A DNA stretch of 64,000 nt from Camelus ferus (GCF_009834535.1 NC_045697.1:20276001-20340000), one strand, 5' to 3'; shown: positions 13,132 through 26,730, numbered from the stretch's first letter. Notes: generated from the sequence alone by a model not told the origin. Made by a program: numbers and translations.

Positions 13132-13412
13132 CAGGGGTCAGCAAACTTGTTGTCTGTCAAGAGCCAGATAGCACGTATTCTAGGCTTTGTCGCAACTACT
13201 CAACTCTGCCTCAGTGGCTCAAAATGTAGGCATAAGGTCAATGAGCATGTTGGTGTTCCAGCACGACTTTCTTCATGGAAACTAAAATTTAAATTCTATA
13301 TAACTTTCATTTGTCACGTACTCCTATTCTTTAAAAAAAAAATTTAAGTCATTACAAATGTAAAAAAAAAAATTCTTATTTGCTCAAGAGAAAAACAGGC
13401 CACAGGCTGGAT
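13132..13412 (+). mobile_element. MER58 (hAT-Charlie) DNA transposon, MER58B-like
   Basis: Starts caggggtcagcaaact...agccagatag...taggctttg...gcaactactcaactctgcc. Confidence 0.8.
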
Positions 13413-14599
13413 GGCATTAATAATATTGTTACATTCTCTAATTCAACTCCATCTTCGGCTTCCCCAAGGCCAGAGTGAAGGATGCCATCAGAGTGCCTTC
13501 CCTGATACTCTCTGTCTCTCTCTCCCAGTCCGTTCACTAGGCTTGTGGATGATTCCTTTCCTCCTCCTCTTCCTACGTATCCATGGGCGTTGATACCACT
13601 GAGACTTGTGGCTGATATGACTACTATCTGGAGTGAAATTTAAGTATTTTATTTCTTAGTAGGTATATACTAATTTTTTTGAATAGAATAATCAGAAAAA
13701 TAATAGAGGAGATGAAACGAAGTGTGTCAAATACAACATTGTAGAAATGTATCTACCAGTTCTTATCCATGCAAATTATCTGTGAAAAAAAATGAGATGT
13801 CCTTTTGGTGCAACCAAATAAAGAATCCCAGTTTAGGCAATGGAAGAGCTACATTTTGAGGACTGTCACATGACCTAGGTCTTACAGAATATCACTTTTG
13901 TAAGATAAGCAGACTTTGAATGTATAAGAAATCTATGTATTCAGAGCTAGAGAGAAGCTGAAAACCTTCTAATTAAAAAATGGCATAGGGGAATCTGGGT
14001 CAGTTGCTTCCTGGCCTCATTATGAATTAGACTTACTTCTGCTTACTAATGGCATTACATGAAACATTAAAGTATTTCTACAAATCAAGGTAATGCAGGT
14101 TAATAAAAACAGGGTCCACAAGCATCATTGAATACATTGCTTATGATATTTAAGCAACTATGCATGATAAAAGTAGGATAAATTAACATTATCATTGCAT
14201 TTAGTGTTTTGTGCATACGTTATATTGGAATGGTCTCTAGCATTATTTTTGTTTCTCTAATTCTCCTAGTTGCTTATTATTATTTTAATCTTATTCTGGC
14301 CTGTTTTCTTTTTTCCTCTTATTTCGAATTCTTTTTTTTTCTCTCTTTACTTTTACATACATGCAAAAAAAAGAGAGTTTTATTAATTGCTTAGAACATT
14401 TTATTCTTAATGATGAAAATCAGAAACGAAAATAGTATGATCCTGAAGATAATCCTCTCCTTCTCCCTGCAACCCCTGAAACAAGGCAGGAAAAACAAAG
14501 ACACAGGACTGGAAGGCATAGAGACCTCATTTGGATCCTGACTCTCTTTCTAATTTATATTTACTCTGGTTAGGATTGAGTGGTTAATGCTGTCACTAA

Positions 14600-15160
14600 T
14601 AAATGCATTTGTTTTTTCAATATATGTTTACTGAATCCCTGTTATGAAAAAGGCTATATGTTCAGTACCTTCAATGATTAAAAAAAAAAGATTTTTTCTA
14701 AAGCATGAGATGTGCTTTCGAGGACCTAAGAAAGAGGGGATGATATGTGTACATTTATATGTGCACATTCATATATAAGGCATAGAAATATAAAATGGAA
14801 ATATGAATTCCTTAAATGATAAAAAAGTAAATATTAATAATAAAGCCATGCAAATATTTGAGTAGATAGCTCAGAAGGGGCTTTGGAGAGAAATGTCATT
14901 TTATTTTGACCTTCAAGGTTAGAATTCATAAAGACATGGATTAGAGGAGAGAGGTAGATGAAAATATATTTACTCTAGGAGTCCAGGCAAGGAGAAATGT
15001 ATGTAAATGGATGGAGTTTGAGATAATACAGTCAATAAGGTAATATGAATTTATTTCATAGAGGTACAAACATAGTTTTATAGAGGTTAATCTTGGAGGT
15101 ATGATGTGGAGAGTAAAATCTCATAGCAATTGAGACATTAGAATGGTAAATTATATCAGT
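14600..15160 (-). mobile_element. L2 fragment (degenerate)
   Basis: ttcaatatatgtttactgaatccctgttatg...; aaggggctttggagag...tttgaccttcaagg. Confidence 0.45.
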
Positions 15161-15194
15161 TCTATTTTCCCTCTGCCTCTAGCCAAGCATAATG

Positions 15195-15430
15195 ATGATA
15201 ATGATAATAATAATAACACAATAGCAACCATAAACATTTTTAGTGCTTACTATATGCCAAATCCTGCTCATAAACTATAAATAAACCTGTAAGTTAAGTA
15301 CTACACTTGATTCTAGTTTTAGATGAGTGATTTGAAACACACAGATATTAAACAGGTTGCTCAAAAATAGACTAGTTTCAAGCAGGTAGAGCCAGGAGTT
15401 AAAATATCGTGCTTCAATCTCTTTGGTATC
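15195..15430 (-). mobile_element. MIR SINE
   Basis: aacatttttagtgcttactatatgcca...gttttagatgag...gtagagccaggagttaaa. Confidence 0.7.
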
Positions 15431-15469
15431 TGGAAAAAGATGGAAATAGGTAGAGAAGGGTGGAAAACT

Positions 15470-16320
15470 GAACATAACACATACAAAACTGAAAACTGAA
15501 GTCGTTAACTTTCCTTGTTCTCTTTTGTGCTTCTAATCTCAGCCAGAAGCCTGATGGCAACCCCTTCCTCCTCCACCTCGCTCTTTCCAATATTGTCTGT
15601 TCTACACTTTCATGTCTTTTATCTGAATTCTCTCCATTCGGTCTCGACTGTGACAGCCTCACTTTAGTCCCTGATCATCTCTTGCTTGAACTATTGGGAC
15701 AGATGTCTAACTAGGGTCCTGCCTCCAGTTTTCCCCATGTCTCCCCAACCAGCCTCGACTCTACAGAGAGATCTTCCTAAAAAGCAATTCAATGTGACAT
15801 GCCCCTGCAAAAAGACACGTCTCATGCCCCTCATGGCCCACAGAATGAAGTCAAAATTTCTTCTCTTCTCATGGAAGACTACCCAACTAATAGGTCTTCT
15901 TTGTTCAACTCTCATCTCCATTCATATGTAGAGATTAACATATGTTTTCTGGAAATGTTTATTTTTTTTCTAGTGAGCAAAGTTCTTTCATATCTACAAA
16001 CTTCAGTGTTCCTGCTTTTGCCTGGATCTACCTGGTGAGCGATTACTTTCATTTAAATAATCAAACCAGGCCTGACCTCCTTTGCGAACCTTACCTGAAC
16101 TCGGAGATCAAAACTAGTTTTTTCTATTGACAAGCAGAACCCTATACTGTCTCTAGGTGGAGTACTTACAATACTCCAAAGATTCCTTCATTTAAAATCT
16201 GACTCCACCTTTAAGATCTCTGAAGTCAGAAACAATGTCCTATTGTTACTGGTATTCTCAGGGGTCTTGCATAGAAACCTTGTACCTAGTGGTGGTTGAA
16301 TAAATGAAACATGAATGAAT
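15470..16320 (+). mobile_element. L2 3' region
   Basis: atcatctcttgcttgaactattgg...ctaactagggtcct...cagagagatcttcctaaaa...; ends gttgaataaatgaaacatgaatgaat. Confidence 0.65.
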
Positions 16321-16914
16321 GTGGAGAATTGTAGATGTAATTAGGAGATCCAGGCTCCAGCAGTTTACTCCCTCAATATAGAAAGAAACGGAAAAAAAAT
16401 GTAATTGAAGGGAAAAAAAAATAGATTTTCCCATCAAGACTTTTCATTGTCCAATTTGTTGTATAATTTAATTATATTCTGGGTCAAAGAAGCCACATGG
16501 GGTAAGACAGAGAGTTTACACTGTGTTGGTACCTGAGCTTTCATCTAACCGTTGAGAGGTGAAAATCTGAGTTAAAATAGTTGAGAACTGTCACACACGG
16601 CTGTTCTGTGCCCCCCAAAGATGCCTGGAAAGCCAGATTTGAGGGGGTGGGGGTGGGAGGCACAGAGAAAAGAGGGTGTTGGGGTGACGTGAGAGAAATC
16701 CAGGAGGGCAGAAAAAGAAAATGGAAGATAATTAGCTGCCGTGATGAAAAGATTTCATTTTTTTTTCCAAATCATTTTTCAATCTAATTCATACCGTGTG
16801 AAATGTGAAAGCTCTATTTCTAGGCTGAGTAATAGACTGTAGTACAAGATTTTGATAAATAATTATCTTCCTACTTTATCCATGAAAATATTAAGACAGA
16901 TTCATGTAATTCTC

Positions 16915-17460
16915 CTAGGCGAGCCCGACAGGGTGCTGGCTCAGCCCTGATGGACTGCCTTTTCCCGCCTGACCTGTTCGGCCCTGAGCCCCGTGTAGGA
17001 ACACCTGGGGGCAGAAGCCGGCCCGTCTCCTTCCAGTTCCAGCTGAGTGCAGTGTGTCACGCTGCTCATTTTCTGATGCGCAAGCCTTGCTCTCCCCTTA
17101 AGGAATGGGCTTCTGACAGGCACTTTATCTCAACACATCGAGGCGCCTATGAAATTGTCACTTTTCTCTTGCCGCCTTGCGAGTTAGTTCAACACCATGA
17201 CGAGATACACAGAGTGAGATCTTCTACAGAAGCCGAGCCGCCCGCCTGTCGTTTTAGGGCAGGTGCGCCGCTTCACACACATTCCGGAAGAACAAGAAAT
17301 CCGGGAGGACGAGGGAGAGGCCGCGCGGCCAGGCCACTTCGCAGCAAGACGAGAGTGGTTCGTCTGTTCGGCTCAGTGTGTGCTCACCCACATCACCCCC
17401 GTTCATATTCACAAATGCTCAAGGCCTGCTGCCACAGGCCCCCATTTTTATTATTAGAAA
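16915..17460. promoter_or_regulatory. Small CpG-rich, GC-rich island (candidate enhancer or promoter)
   Basis: Roughly 30 CpGs in about 550 bp against a CpG-depleted background. Confidence 0.45.
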
Positions 17461-17854
17461 AATGAGGTTTTGACAGAGAGCTGAGACAGAAGCATTACTT
17501 TCTAGGCAGACTTTTTTTGTGTGGTATAACAGCTTATACATGAGTTTATGAAAGTGCCAACAGCCAAACGCCAGTGATAGACAAAAATAATCAGTTCAGG
17601 GGATGAGTCCAGAACACCTACTCATCTCTACGTTGAGCATTCCAATTCACGCATTACGGTCATTTCCTCTTGGCGGCTGCTGTAGTCTGTACTTCAATGG
17701 TTAGAATTTTCTAGAAATGGAACTTTTTTTTACTCTTTGGAGTGAGATGAAAAGAGCATCTAGACACAAAGTGTAGGGTAGTACCATCTGTGGATGTGGC
17801 ATTTATACCTTCTGATTTCCATAATTATTTCTTTATACTGGAAAAATGTAAGAG

Positions 17855-18430
17855 AATGATGTTTCCATATCTTGCTATTGTAGATAATCCCACAATGAAT
17901 ACAGGAGTGCATATATCTTTTCTAATGATTTTTTCCCCCATATTCTTTGGATAAATATCCAGAAGTGGGATAGCTGGCTCATATGGTAGTTCTTTTTTTT
18001 CATTTTTTTGAGGAACCGCCATACTGTTTTCCACAGTGACTGCATCAATTTACATCCTCACCAACAGGGCACAAGAGTCTCCTTATCTCCACATTCTGTC
18101 TGATACTTATTATTTCTTCTTTTCTCATAATAGCCAATCTGTCTGATGTGAGATGATATCTCTTTTTGGTTTTGACTTGTATTTCTGTAATAATTAATGA
18201 TGTTAAACATCTTTTCAAGTGCCATATTGGCCATTTGTATGTCTTCTTTAGAAAATTGTCTATTCAGCTCCACTGCCCATCTTTTAATCAGGTTGTTTGT
18301 TTTTCTTTTTTTGAGTTGTATGATTTCTTTATATATTTTATATGTTAGCCTCTTAGTAGATATATACTCTGTTAATATAGTTTCCCATTTGGTAGCTTGT
18401 CTTTTCATTTTGTGGATGGTTTCCTTTGAG
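17855..18430 (-). mobile_element. L1 ORF2 3' fragment
   Basis: ORFs 18058-18447 (-) KETIHKMKRQATKWE...LNRQFSKEDIQMAN and 17825-18034 (-) [16 protein letters not shown]...ICTPVFI are L1 ORF2 C-terminal sequence. Confidence 0.9.
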
Positions 18431-18479
18431 CACATCTTGAAAGCCATAAAGCAGATAGGTCAGTGGCAACTGACTTTGT

Positions 18480-20040
18480 ACAAAGAGATTTCATAAGAGG
18501 GCAGAAAGGAAGCCCAGAAGCAAGACAATTACAATCATACAACCACAGAAAGTGTGGGAGCTGGGAACTCCACTTAACTCAGAAATTGGTGGTGCAAATG
18601 GAGCTAAAAAGAGGATTTTTTTTAGTACTTGAGAAATAAATATTAGGTGCTCTTAAACCCTCCCCAAGCACCTTAATGACTCCTTGACCAGAACACTAAG
18701 GTTATTCACTGGCAACTTTGAACTAGTTATACTTCTTTTAGGAGACCTGGCCTATTTGAGGATGAGAATATCATAAATAAACTCAGGAAAATAATCAAAA
18801 TCTCTGTATTGAATAATGAGATCTCTCTCAACTGCTTTTCCTGCTGCAAGATCCCTTCCAGGCAGGGAGTGGGTGAATTCTTTCTGGTGAAATTCCCAGC
18901 TCCAAATAAAATACTTATACATAGTGAAGCTTAATGCGCAGCCAGAAATAAAATCATCCAGCTTCCTCTACACTGAAATATACCAGTTAACAAACTACAA
19001 ATGCATACAAAGGCTCCAATTATGCATTTTATTTCCTACCTCTTTAATGTGAGTTGATAGCCAGGAATCAAAGATATTGGACAAAGGGAAATAAAACAGA
19101 CTACTGAATTTTTAAAAACTGCATATTAAAACAAAACAATTGTAACCATTAGCATGCCATAGTGCCCTGGATAAACCAAAAAAGAAAGAGAAAACATTCT
19201 TAGAAAAGATATCAGAGGAAAGAGAGACAATAGAGAAAGAAGAAAATTAAAAAGCAACTTCTCAGAACAGTCTTCAGAGAGATAAGAGAGACTATTAAGA
19301 CCACAAAAGAGGAAAAGAAATAAAACAAATCAAAACACACCCAAACATAAAAACCCCTGCAGGGACCTAAACAGATCTTGGACACACAAAATAGGGAAAA
19401 AATTATTGCAACAGTTAAAAGATAATAATAAAAGTTACTGATTTCTCCCAGAAGTTAAAAACAACACAAACAAAAAGGAAGTTAGGGAAGTAAAAATAAG
19501 ATACTTAGAGGATTAGTCCAGAAACCCTGATACCTTAATGATAGACATTTAGAAATATGACGGAGAGAAAACTGATTTGAATAAATTATAAAAGAATAAT
19601 GTAATTTCTATGATTGAATGTCATAAAATGATAAATGACCCAAAATGCATCCAGCCTAATAGATGATAAAAGATCTTCCCCAAGGTCCACAAAACTTCCT
19701 CCTTTATATTTGTGGATAGGTAGATTAACACTTAGAAAAATCTAGTTGTCAGCATTGGATTTCTCAATCACACTGTAATCTGAAAGTCAGTGGAACTCTC
19801 CTTCAGTTCAAATAATCTCAAACCATAAATTTTCTAGCCAGGCAAGCTATTAATAAAAACACTCTCATATGTGTTAGTTCTCAGTGCTTTTGTTTCTCAG
19901 GTACTCTTTCTTAGGAAGATACAGCATGGTCATCTCCTTCCCCCGATGAAGGCTAAACTGGGAAAAAAAGAAGTGACACTTAAGAAAGAGAATTTCTAAC
20001 ATATAGAAATTTCCAGCTTTATAGAAGTGTAGTATTGACT
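18480..20040 (+). mobile_element. HAL1 (ancient half-L1) ORF1-like fragment
   Basis: ttcagagagataagagagactatt...ttctcccagaag...ttagaggattagtccaga resembles the HAL1 consensus. Confidence 0.6.
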
Positions 20041-20179
20041 GAAAATATTAAAAAATAATTAATTTGATTTATTTTAAATTAATATAATTGATTGATTTTT
20101 AATTAATTTAAAAATACTATTTAGTGACATTATGTTACAACTGTCAACAGGTAAGTAAAAGTGTTGAAAATAATGTAAT

Positions 20180-20405
20180 ATTAGCTAAATGTACTAAAAT
20201 TCTTAGCTTATTAGGTGCCAGGTACTGTGTCAAATTCTACATATATATCATCTCATTTTTAACACTCACAGCCATACTCTGAGATAAATATAGTTATGTC
20301 TACTTCGTAAGCAAGTAAATTGATGTTCAGTGAAGCTGGTCAACTTTTCCACTGTTAAAACATCTTCCAAGCCCCAGAACTGACATTCAAGTCATGCTCA
20401 GCCTT
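20180..20405 (-). mobile_element. MIR SINE
   Basis: ttaggtgccaggtactgtg...atcatctcattttaacactcacagc. Confidence 0.6.
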
Positions 20406-21084
20406 AATGCAAGTCAGATATGAATTGATAATTAGTTCTTCCTAAAATTTACCTTTATCTTGACCATGAATCTCCTATCTTGGTCCAAGTTCTCATAATG
20501 CTGCAACATAACCAACTAGCAAATCCATCCTTAGAAATAAAAAAGGGAGAACAAGAAAAGTACTGACAAAAATAACAACTTACTATTTTTATAGTTTTGT
20601 TAGACTAAATTCAGTCATTTAAAATCACATGCAACCCAGCCTCTGCTCTTTTATATCATAAACAAGTAACATGCATCAACAAAAACAAATACGATTTTTT
20701 AAACCTCCTTTGCTGCTAGCGTTTTGATCATCATCTGAAAGCATAACAATCATTGCTTTGCAAGTTAATTGTTCATAAGTGCACTTTGTGGCATGCCTTA
20801 TGACATAAATAATTAGCGGTGTTAATTATGTTTCTTTTTTTTCTCAACTAGTGTAGGAAAAGCACCGTAATGTATTGGATGCCATTAAATTAGACTACTT
20901 AACTCAAAACAGGAAAAAAAATGTGTTTTAAGCTGTTTTACCCGTAAAATTGCTACACTACAAGGAGGCCAGCTATACCATGAAGTCATCGTCCTAGCGG
21001 GAAGGTCAAAGACACACATGCTGTCCCAGCTGTTGTGTGTTCTACTAGCATGATTCCAGTTTAGTATTGAAAGCTATTCAACAT

Positions 21085-21330
21085 GATAATAAAGCTGACT
21101 CTTACATAGAGCAAGGATGTGCCAGGAATGGTTTCAAGTGCTTTCAGTTCAAAGGCTTACTCATTTTAATCTCACAGCAGCTCTATGTGATAGGTATATT
21201 ATTCATATTCTCCCAGATGAGGACACTAAGGCACAAAAGGAATAAGCAATTCCACTAAGGCTGCCCAGATGGTGAGCGGTCAGAGCTAGGGTTCACACCT
21301 CGCCACACTGGCTCCAGAGTTTGTGCTCTC
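21085..21330 (-). mobile_element. MIR SINE (near full length)
   Basis: tgtgccagg...cagatgaggacactaaggcaca...cagagctagggttcacacc...ctggctccagag. Confidence 0.85.
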
Positions 21331-21384
21331 AGGAAAAAATGGGAAATTGTGAAATAGAGTTTCTACATTCGTATTTTGGTACCA

Positions 21385-21545
21385 TGTCTGTAAACTGAGT
21401 AGCCTAAATAAAATACTTTGACTCTCTTGTCCTCATTTCCTCATCTGTAAAATTGGGATAATCATGATAATCAAAAAACTGAATGACAAAATATATGTGA
21501 GCAATTTGCAAACTCTGAAACCATATATAAAATACTATTTACTTT
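21385..21545 (+). mobile_element. MIR SINE (opposite orientation to its neighbour)
   Basis: MIR core cctcatttcctcatctgtaaaattgggataat. Confidence 0.8.
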
Positions 21546-23366
21546 TCAAGGAAGCAAATTCACATGACTGACGTTTTTCGAGACCCAGGTGACCGACTAA
21601 ACTATAGACTGGTAGAAGCAGCAGAAACATGTTTATAACTTGTGACCCCTGTAATTCTACAGAGCTGAACCTAAGACTCCTTTTAAATTAGGGACAATTG
21701 GATGACAGTGCGCACTGCGGTGGGGAATGCAGAGTGTGGTAAGACACATCAATCAGCTCACCTATGAGCAATAGAAATTGAGAACTTGGAGAGTCAATGA
21801 GCTTTTTAGGTTTAATAGGACAAATGTAATTAACTGAATAGTAAGTCTTCTTTCCCACAGGACTGCAGTGGAAATTGGCCTTTGACAGAATAGCATAATT
21901 CAGTCAATAATCACATTGAAGTGGTGAGTATAATTCAAAAAATGAAGGCTGCAGTGAGATGTATCAGAGAATGTATTCTTCTGAAGACTGACTCATTTTC
22001 TTGGCCTGAGCATTATTAAGTAATTTTTTTTATAATATACAAAATTCTTCAACTTGGGAATTACAGATTTTTAAAGGTCTTAGGTAGCCATAAGCCTCAT
22101 GATGAAATACAACGTTTTCAAGGTCAGGAAGGAAATCTATGCTCCAGGATGACCCACTGCCAAGCTGTATTTTAAATCAAAGAAAAAAAAATGAAATAGC
22201 AAATGTAACTTGAATAAAGAGTTAGGACTTTTAATCACTGAAAACTCAAATTTTACTTAATTAGCAGCTGGCACATCAAATGATATACAATGCCAATAGT
22301 ACAAAACAGAACATTAAAAAATAACTTATGAGTAGGTAGGAAAAGCTTTTTAAGTAAATAAAGAACAGTGAAATTCTGCAATTGGATTGTGGTTCAAAAC
22401 ATGTCAGTTTAATCTAGCTTCAGCAGAAAATTATGTCAACTATTCAAGAATGATAATCATCAGTGGACATTTCTTGTATTTCCACGACTAAAGCCTCCAA
22501 CTGGCAATTAAGCGAAGAGGAGAGAATTAATGTGAAATGTAATATTTCACTACTGGCTCAATATTTGTTGAGTTCAAGGTCCATAAATAAGAAAATCTAT
22601 TTCTTATAACTTTTTAACTTTGCAAACTTGATTTGTTGCTCTTTATGTACATGGTTGAAATTCTTAGCAATTAAGAACATTAAAAAGAAAAAAAAACTTT
22701 GTTAGGCACAAAGTCAAAGATAATCTGAATTTCTTAAGATCTTGTGTATTCTGGTCTTGCCAGCCTTTCATCCACTAGGCAATGCTGCATATGCAAAAAC
22801 TGGAAAGAAAAAAAAAGGTAAAAAAGCAGATGGGAAAGCAACTAGGTTGTGCTAAACTAGGCATTTGGGGGAAGCTAGCAGCCGTAGGTGGACCAAAAAC
22901 TACAGAAGAAAACAAAAGGCCAACTGACAGAAATCATGCCCCTAGAACATATGGCACCTGCCTTCATAGTTGAAACAGAAAGAAAAATTGAAGACAGAAC
23001 CTTAATGTTCTGGGAATTACTGAGAGCAGAGCCATGGCGTCTCTCATTTGCACTTTTTAAATAGGCGTATTACTTTACAAAATCTTTCTATAACATTTTC
23101 AAAAAGCTCTGAAAACACTGCATTCTTGAAGATGCAACCCAGTTTTTAAATAAACTTAATTTGGTTGTGTGAAAATATGAAATTATTTTTCCCGATATTT
23201 CTTTGGGTAACAGTCTTTGCATCCCAATTTCTTGCCACTGTTTGACCAGTCAGTGCTTCTGTAGGAGTTTTAGTTATTTAAAATGAAACAAGAGTCAAAC
23301 ATTGACTCAAGTTAAGAATTCCAGTCACACACACACTCACTTATTCCTTTTCTTAGTCTGTTGCTC

Positions 23367-23388
23367 TGTGTGTGTGTGTGTGTGTGTG
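23367..23388. repeat. (TG)n microsatellite
   Basis: Directly visible. Confidence 0.9.
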
Positions 23389-23899
23389 TTTGTGAGTGAT
23401 GGTGATGGATGGATGCTGCTATATATTCTTTCTCCCCTTTTCTGTCTCAGTCATCTAAGGGTAGGAGAGAATTCAGAGGTTCCCTTATGTACCTGACTGC
23501 TGATGTAACATCCTTTTTTGGCTGTTGCTTCTATTTTAGTGGACACTAATCATCATCAATGTCATCTGCATGTCAAATATCAAACAGTGGCTCTCTGGTG
23601 GGGAGCAGTTTTAGTTCTTTAGAGCCTGGCAGGGATGTACACTCTTCAGTCATCTTAAGTAGCTTGACCTGCTCCAAACACAGTTGCTCTAGGATCACCT
23701 CCATCCTCATTTCAGTGCTGGTTTTCATAGGGTGAGCTAATACCAGGATATCTAGCCTGCCCAACTTCCCTACTCTTCAATCTAATAGTGCAAAGTACAT
23801 GCACATTTTCAAGCCAGTCATGAAGATGCTAGCTCTGTTTTGTAGATAACAACCTATAGGCTATGATAAGAGGTATGTCTAGAATAATATTCATAGAAT

Positions 23900-24760
23900 A
23901 CAACATTTTTATTACTGAAGGCAAAAAAAGAAATGAAATATATAGATTAGAAAGTTACAGATGATTAAGGAAAACATAAATGGTAATAAAAATAAAGTGG
24001 GACGTAAATAAATAGATTTTTTAAAGTAAGATTATCATAATATCCAAAACCCTTCTTTGAAAAAAAAATGCATGTAAATTAGATTAATGTAATCAAACAA
24101 AACAGAAAACAAGGCCTCAAACAAATGCACATTGGCATTAAAATAATTATAATAAACTGATTAACACAATATCATGCTAATAAATTTGAAATTTAAATGA
24201 TATATGATTTTTAAGGTAACATTTATTTCAAAATTTAATTTCCAAGATTATTTGTCAAAAATAAGCAATCTGTTAATTTTTACATGAAAAATGTCAACTT
24301 TCTATACAGTGATCAAAATGAGAAAAATTTCCAGCATTTTTTTATGTTTTCATGACACTGATATTGATCCCTGACAGAGCACAACAGACAAAAAAATCTG
24401 AAACACAAGAAATCTCATTTTACTTTACATCTAAAGTGTGATGTAAATCCTAAGTTATACTTCACAAAATAGAGGAATTAAAATAATACACAAAAGAATG
24501 ATACATTCTGATCTATTAGGGTTAATTCAAACAAGTTCATGTGATGAATAATATACTTCCATATAGTTATAATTCAAGGAAGGAAAAAAATCACCCAGAA
24601 ATAGACAAACAATAATTATTAAATTCAATTTCTATTTTTATTTAAAGCAGTCTAACTACAAACAATCCATATAAAACAAAACAAAAAAATCATTAGTAAT
24701 AATAAAAAAAATTTGCCTACCTTTTCAACTAACCTATACATAAATTCTGAAATTACTGTA
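23900..24760 (+). mobile_element. Highly degraded L1 ORF2 (L1M5-like)
   Basis: A-rich; tgctaataaatttgaaa, aaaagaatgatacattctgatc...gggttaattc are L1 RT-region motifs. Confidence 0.5.
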
Positions 24761-24869
24761 AGTTAAAAATATAATTACGCAAGGAAAACTTCAAGAAAAC
24801 AAAGCTGATTTTCCACTTTGTCCCATATGTTATATTTTTGATGCTTCTTTTTACAGTAAAAGTCCTAAA

Positions 24870-26270
24870 ACTAGTCATTTGCACCTGATGCTGTCAATTC
24901 CTCTTTTCCTGTGCTTCTTTAATTCCATTTCAGTTAGGATTTTGATCCAACCAGTACACTGAAATTGCTTTCTTCAAAGTCACCAGTAACCTTTCAGTTG
25001 CTAAATGTATATAATGTTCAATCATAAAGAAGGACATAGATCAAATAGGCAGCCGTTCTCTTCTTGGTTTACCCTACCACGTGGCTTTCAAGACTCCATG
25101 CACTTTTGGTTTGTATTCCGTCTCACTGGCTGCTGCTTCTCAATTTATTTACTACCTTCTGAACTTTTCCAAACCTCTCAACACTGGGGAACTCCTGAGT
25201 TCAGTCCTCAGGCCTCAACTTATTTCTATCTGCTATTACTCCCTTAGTGAACTTCTCTAGCTGCATGTCATCAAATATACCTGTCTGCCCACAAATCCAG
25301 AATTTCTGTCTCCAGCCCAGATTTTTTGCTGACCTTCAGATACTTACATCCAACTGCTTACTTGACACTTACTTGCCATCTCCAGATATAATTTAGCAGA
25401 CTTAAAAACATGCATGACCAAAACTGAGATCTCAATGTTTCTCCATTCCACTCAAAGGTAGTCTTCTAATCTGAAGTGACGGCGACTCCATAATTCTAGT
25501 TGCATAGGCGAAACACCTTGAAGTCATTCTTGGCTCCGTATTCAATCCATCATGGAAATCTATCAATTCTTTCAAATTTTAGTATGTCTAGGAACTGACC
25601 ACTGCTCATCACCTCCATTGCTTATACTTCTACCCAAGCCATCATTAATTTTCATTTGGCTTAGGGCAATAACTTTCTAATAGATATTCTTCTTACTGTA
25701 ATTGACCCCATTCTCTATAATTTGCTCTCTAAACAGCAGCCAGAGTTAATATCATGAATGAAACTCAAATCATAGCCCTGCTTGCTCTAAACTCTTTAAT
25801 ACAGGGGCAGGAGAGAGGGAGGCACAAACTGTTGGGTGTAAGACAAGCTCAAGTGTGTACTGTACAACACAGGGAATATAGCCAACATTTTGTAATAACT
25901 GCAAATAGAAAGTAACCTTTAAAATTGTATTAAAATTTAAAATTTAAAAAAAAAAAAACCTAACTCTCTGTAATGTTCTCCACTTCACTCAGAGTCAACA
26001 TCTTAAAAGACATAAATGCCCTACATGATTCGGTTGCTCTTTTTCCTCTCTCTGGTTGTCTGATATCATTTCTTTATCCTTCACTGGTTTCCAGCCACAT
26101 CGATCCCTTTCATGTTCCTTAGTAACACCAGGCATATTCCAACACGCTTCCCGCTGCCTGGAAATATCCTATTTTGGATAATTCCTTCAATCTTTTCATG
26201 CCTTTGTTCAAGTCTTATTTTATTTATTTTCACAATGTTGCACCACTTATCAATGTATTTCCTTGCAATT
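24870..26270 (+). mobile_element. L2 ORF2/3' region, interrupted by an L1 3' end
   Basis: cactgaaattgctttcttcaaagtcaccagtaacc...ctccagcccaga...catccaactgcttacttgaca is typical L2. Confidence 0.8.
25801..25958 (+). mobile_element. Truncated L1 3' end with poly-A
   Basis: tactgtacaacacagggaatatagccaacattttgtaataact...poly-A. Confidence 0.8.
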
Positions 26271-26289
26271 GCAAATTCACCCTTCATAG

Positions 26290-26730
26290 CTGTATGTGAG
26301 AATATGGGGGTGAGCTCTTTAAATGCTTTCTCTTTGTCAGCTGGTACATGCTAACCATTGTCAGCAGAGGGCACTGGAGAGCATTACAGGAGAAAGGTTT
26401 TCCTTCCTACGTCCAGTATGCCACGGGGCTCCTGCAGCACAAGGGACTGTTCCAGAATTTGGCTCCTATAGCATAGGTGGCTTCCTCCAGCACCTGGTTT
26501 CTATAGCATGGTAATTTTCTCCAGCACCTGGAATCCTATGAGCACTATGGTCAGTCCAGCAGCATCCAGGAACTCCTTCTAATAGCCCCCCTCAGGAAAT
26601 TGTGTTTGTGAACATCTTTCCCCAAAACCCTAAGTGGTACATTCCAGTAAGTCCCACGGCCACAGCACCTCAGTGATTTCTCTGCTATTCAGTGCATCAC
26701 AGCCATGTGTTCTCAAACAATGTTTGAATT
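26290..26730. mobile_element. ERVL LTR (LTR41/LTR33-like) carrying a CTCF-like motif
   Basis: tttgtcagctggtac...ttgtcagcagagggcactggag; repeated ccagcacctgg. Confidence 0.5.

Noticed and set aside
16950..17465. 171-aa ORF in the CpG-rich patch
   Set aside because: No recognisable domain; ORF length is explained by high GC content; the 3' part overlaps MIR-like sequence.
21085..21545. Inverted MIR pair as a possible hairpin or miRNA source
   Set aside because: The copies are too diverged for stable pairing, and this arrangement is common.
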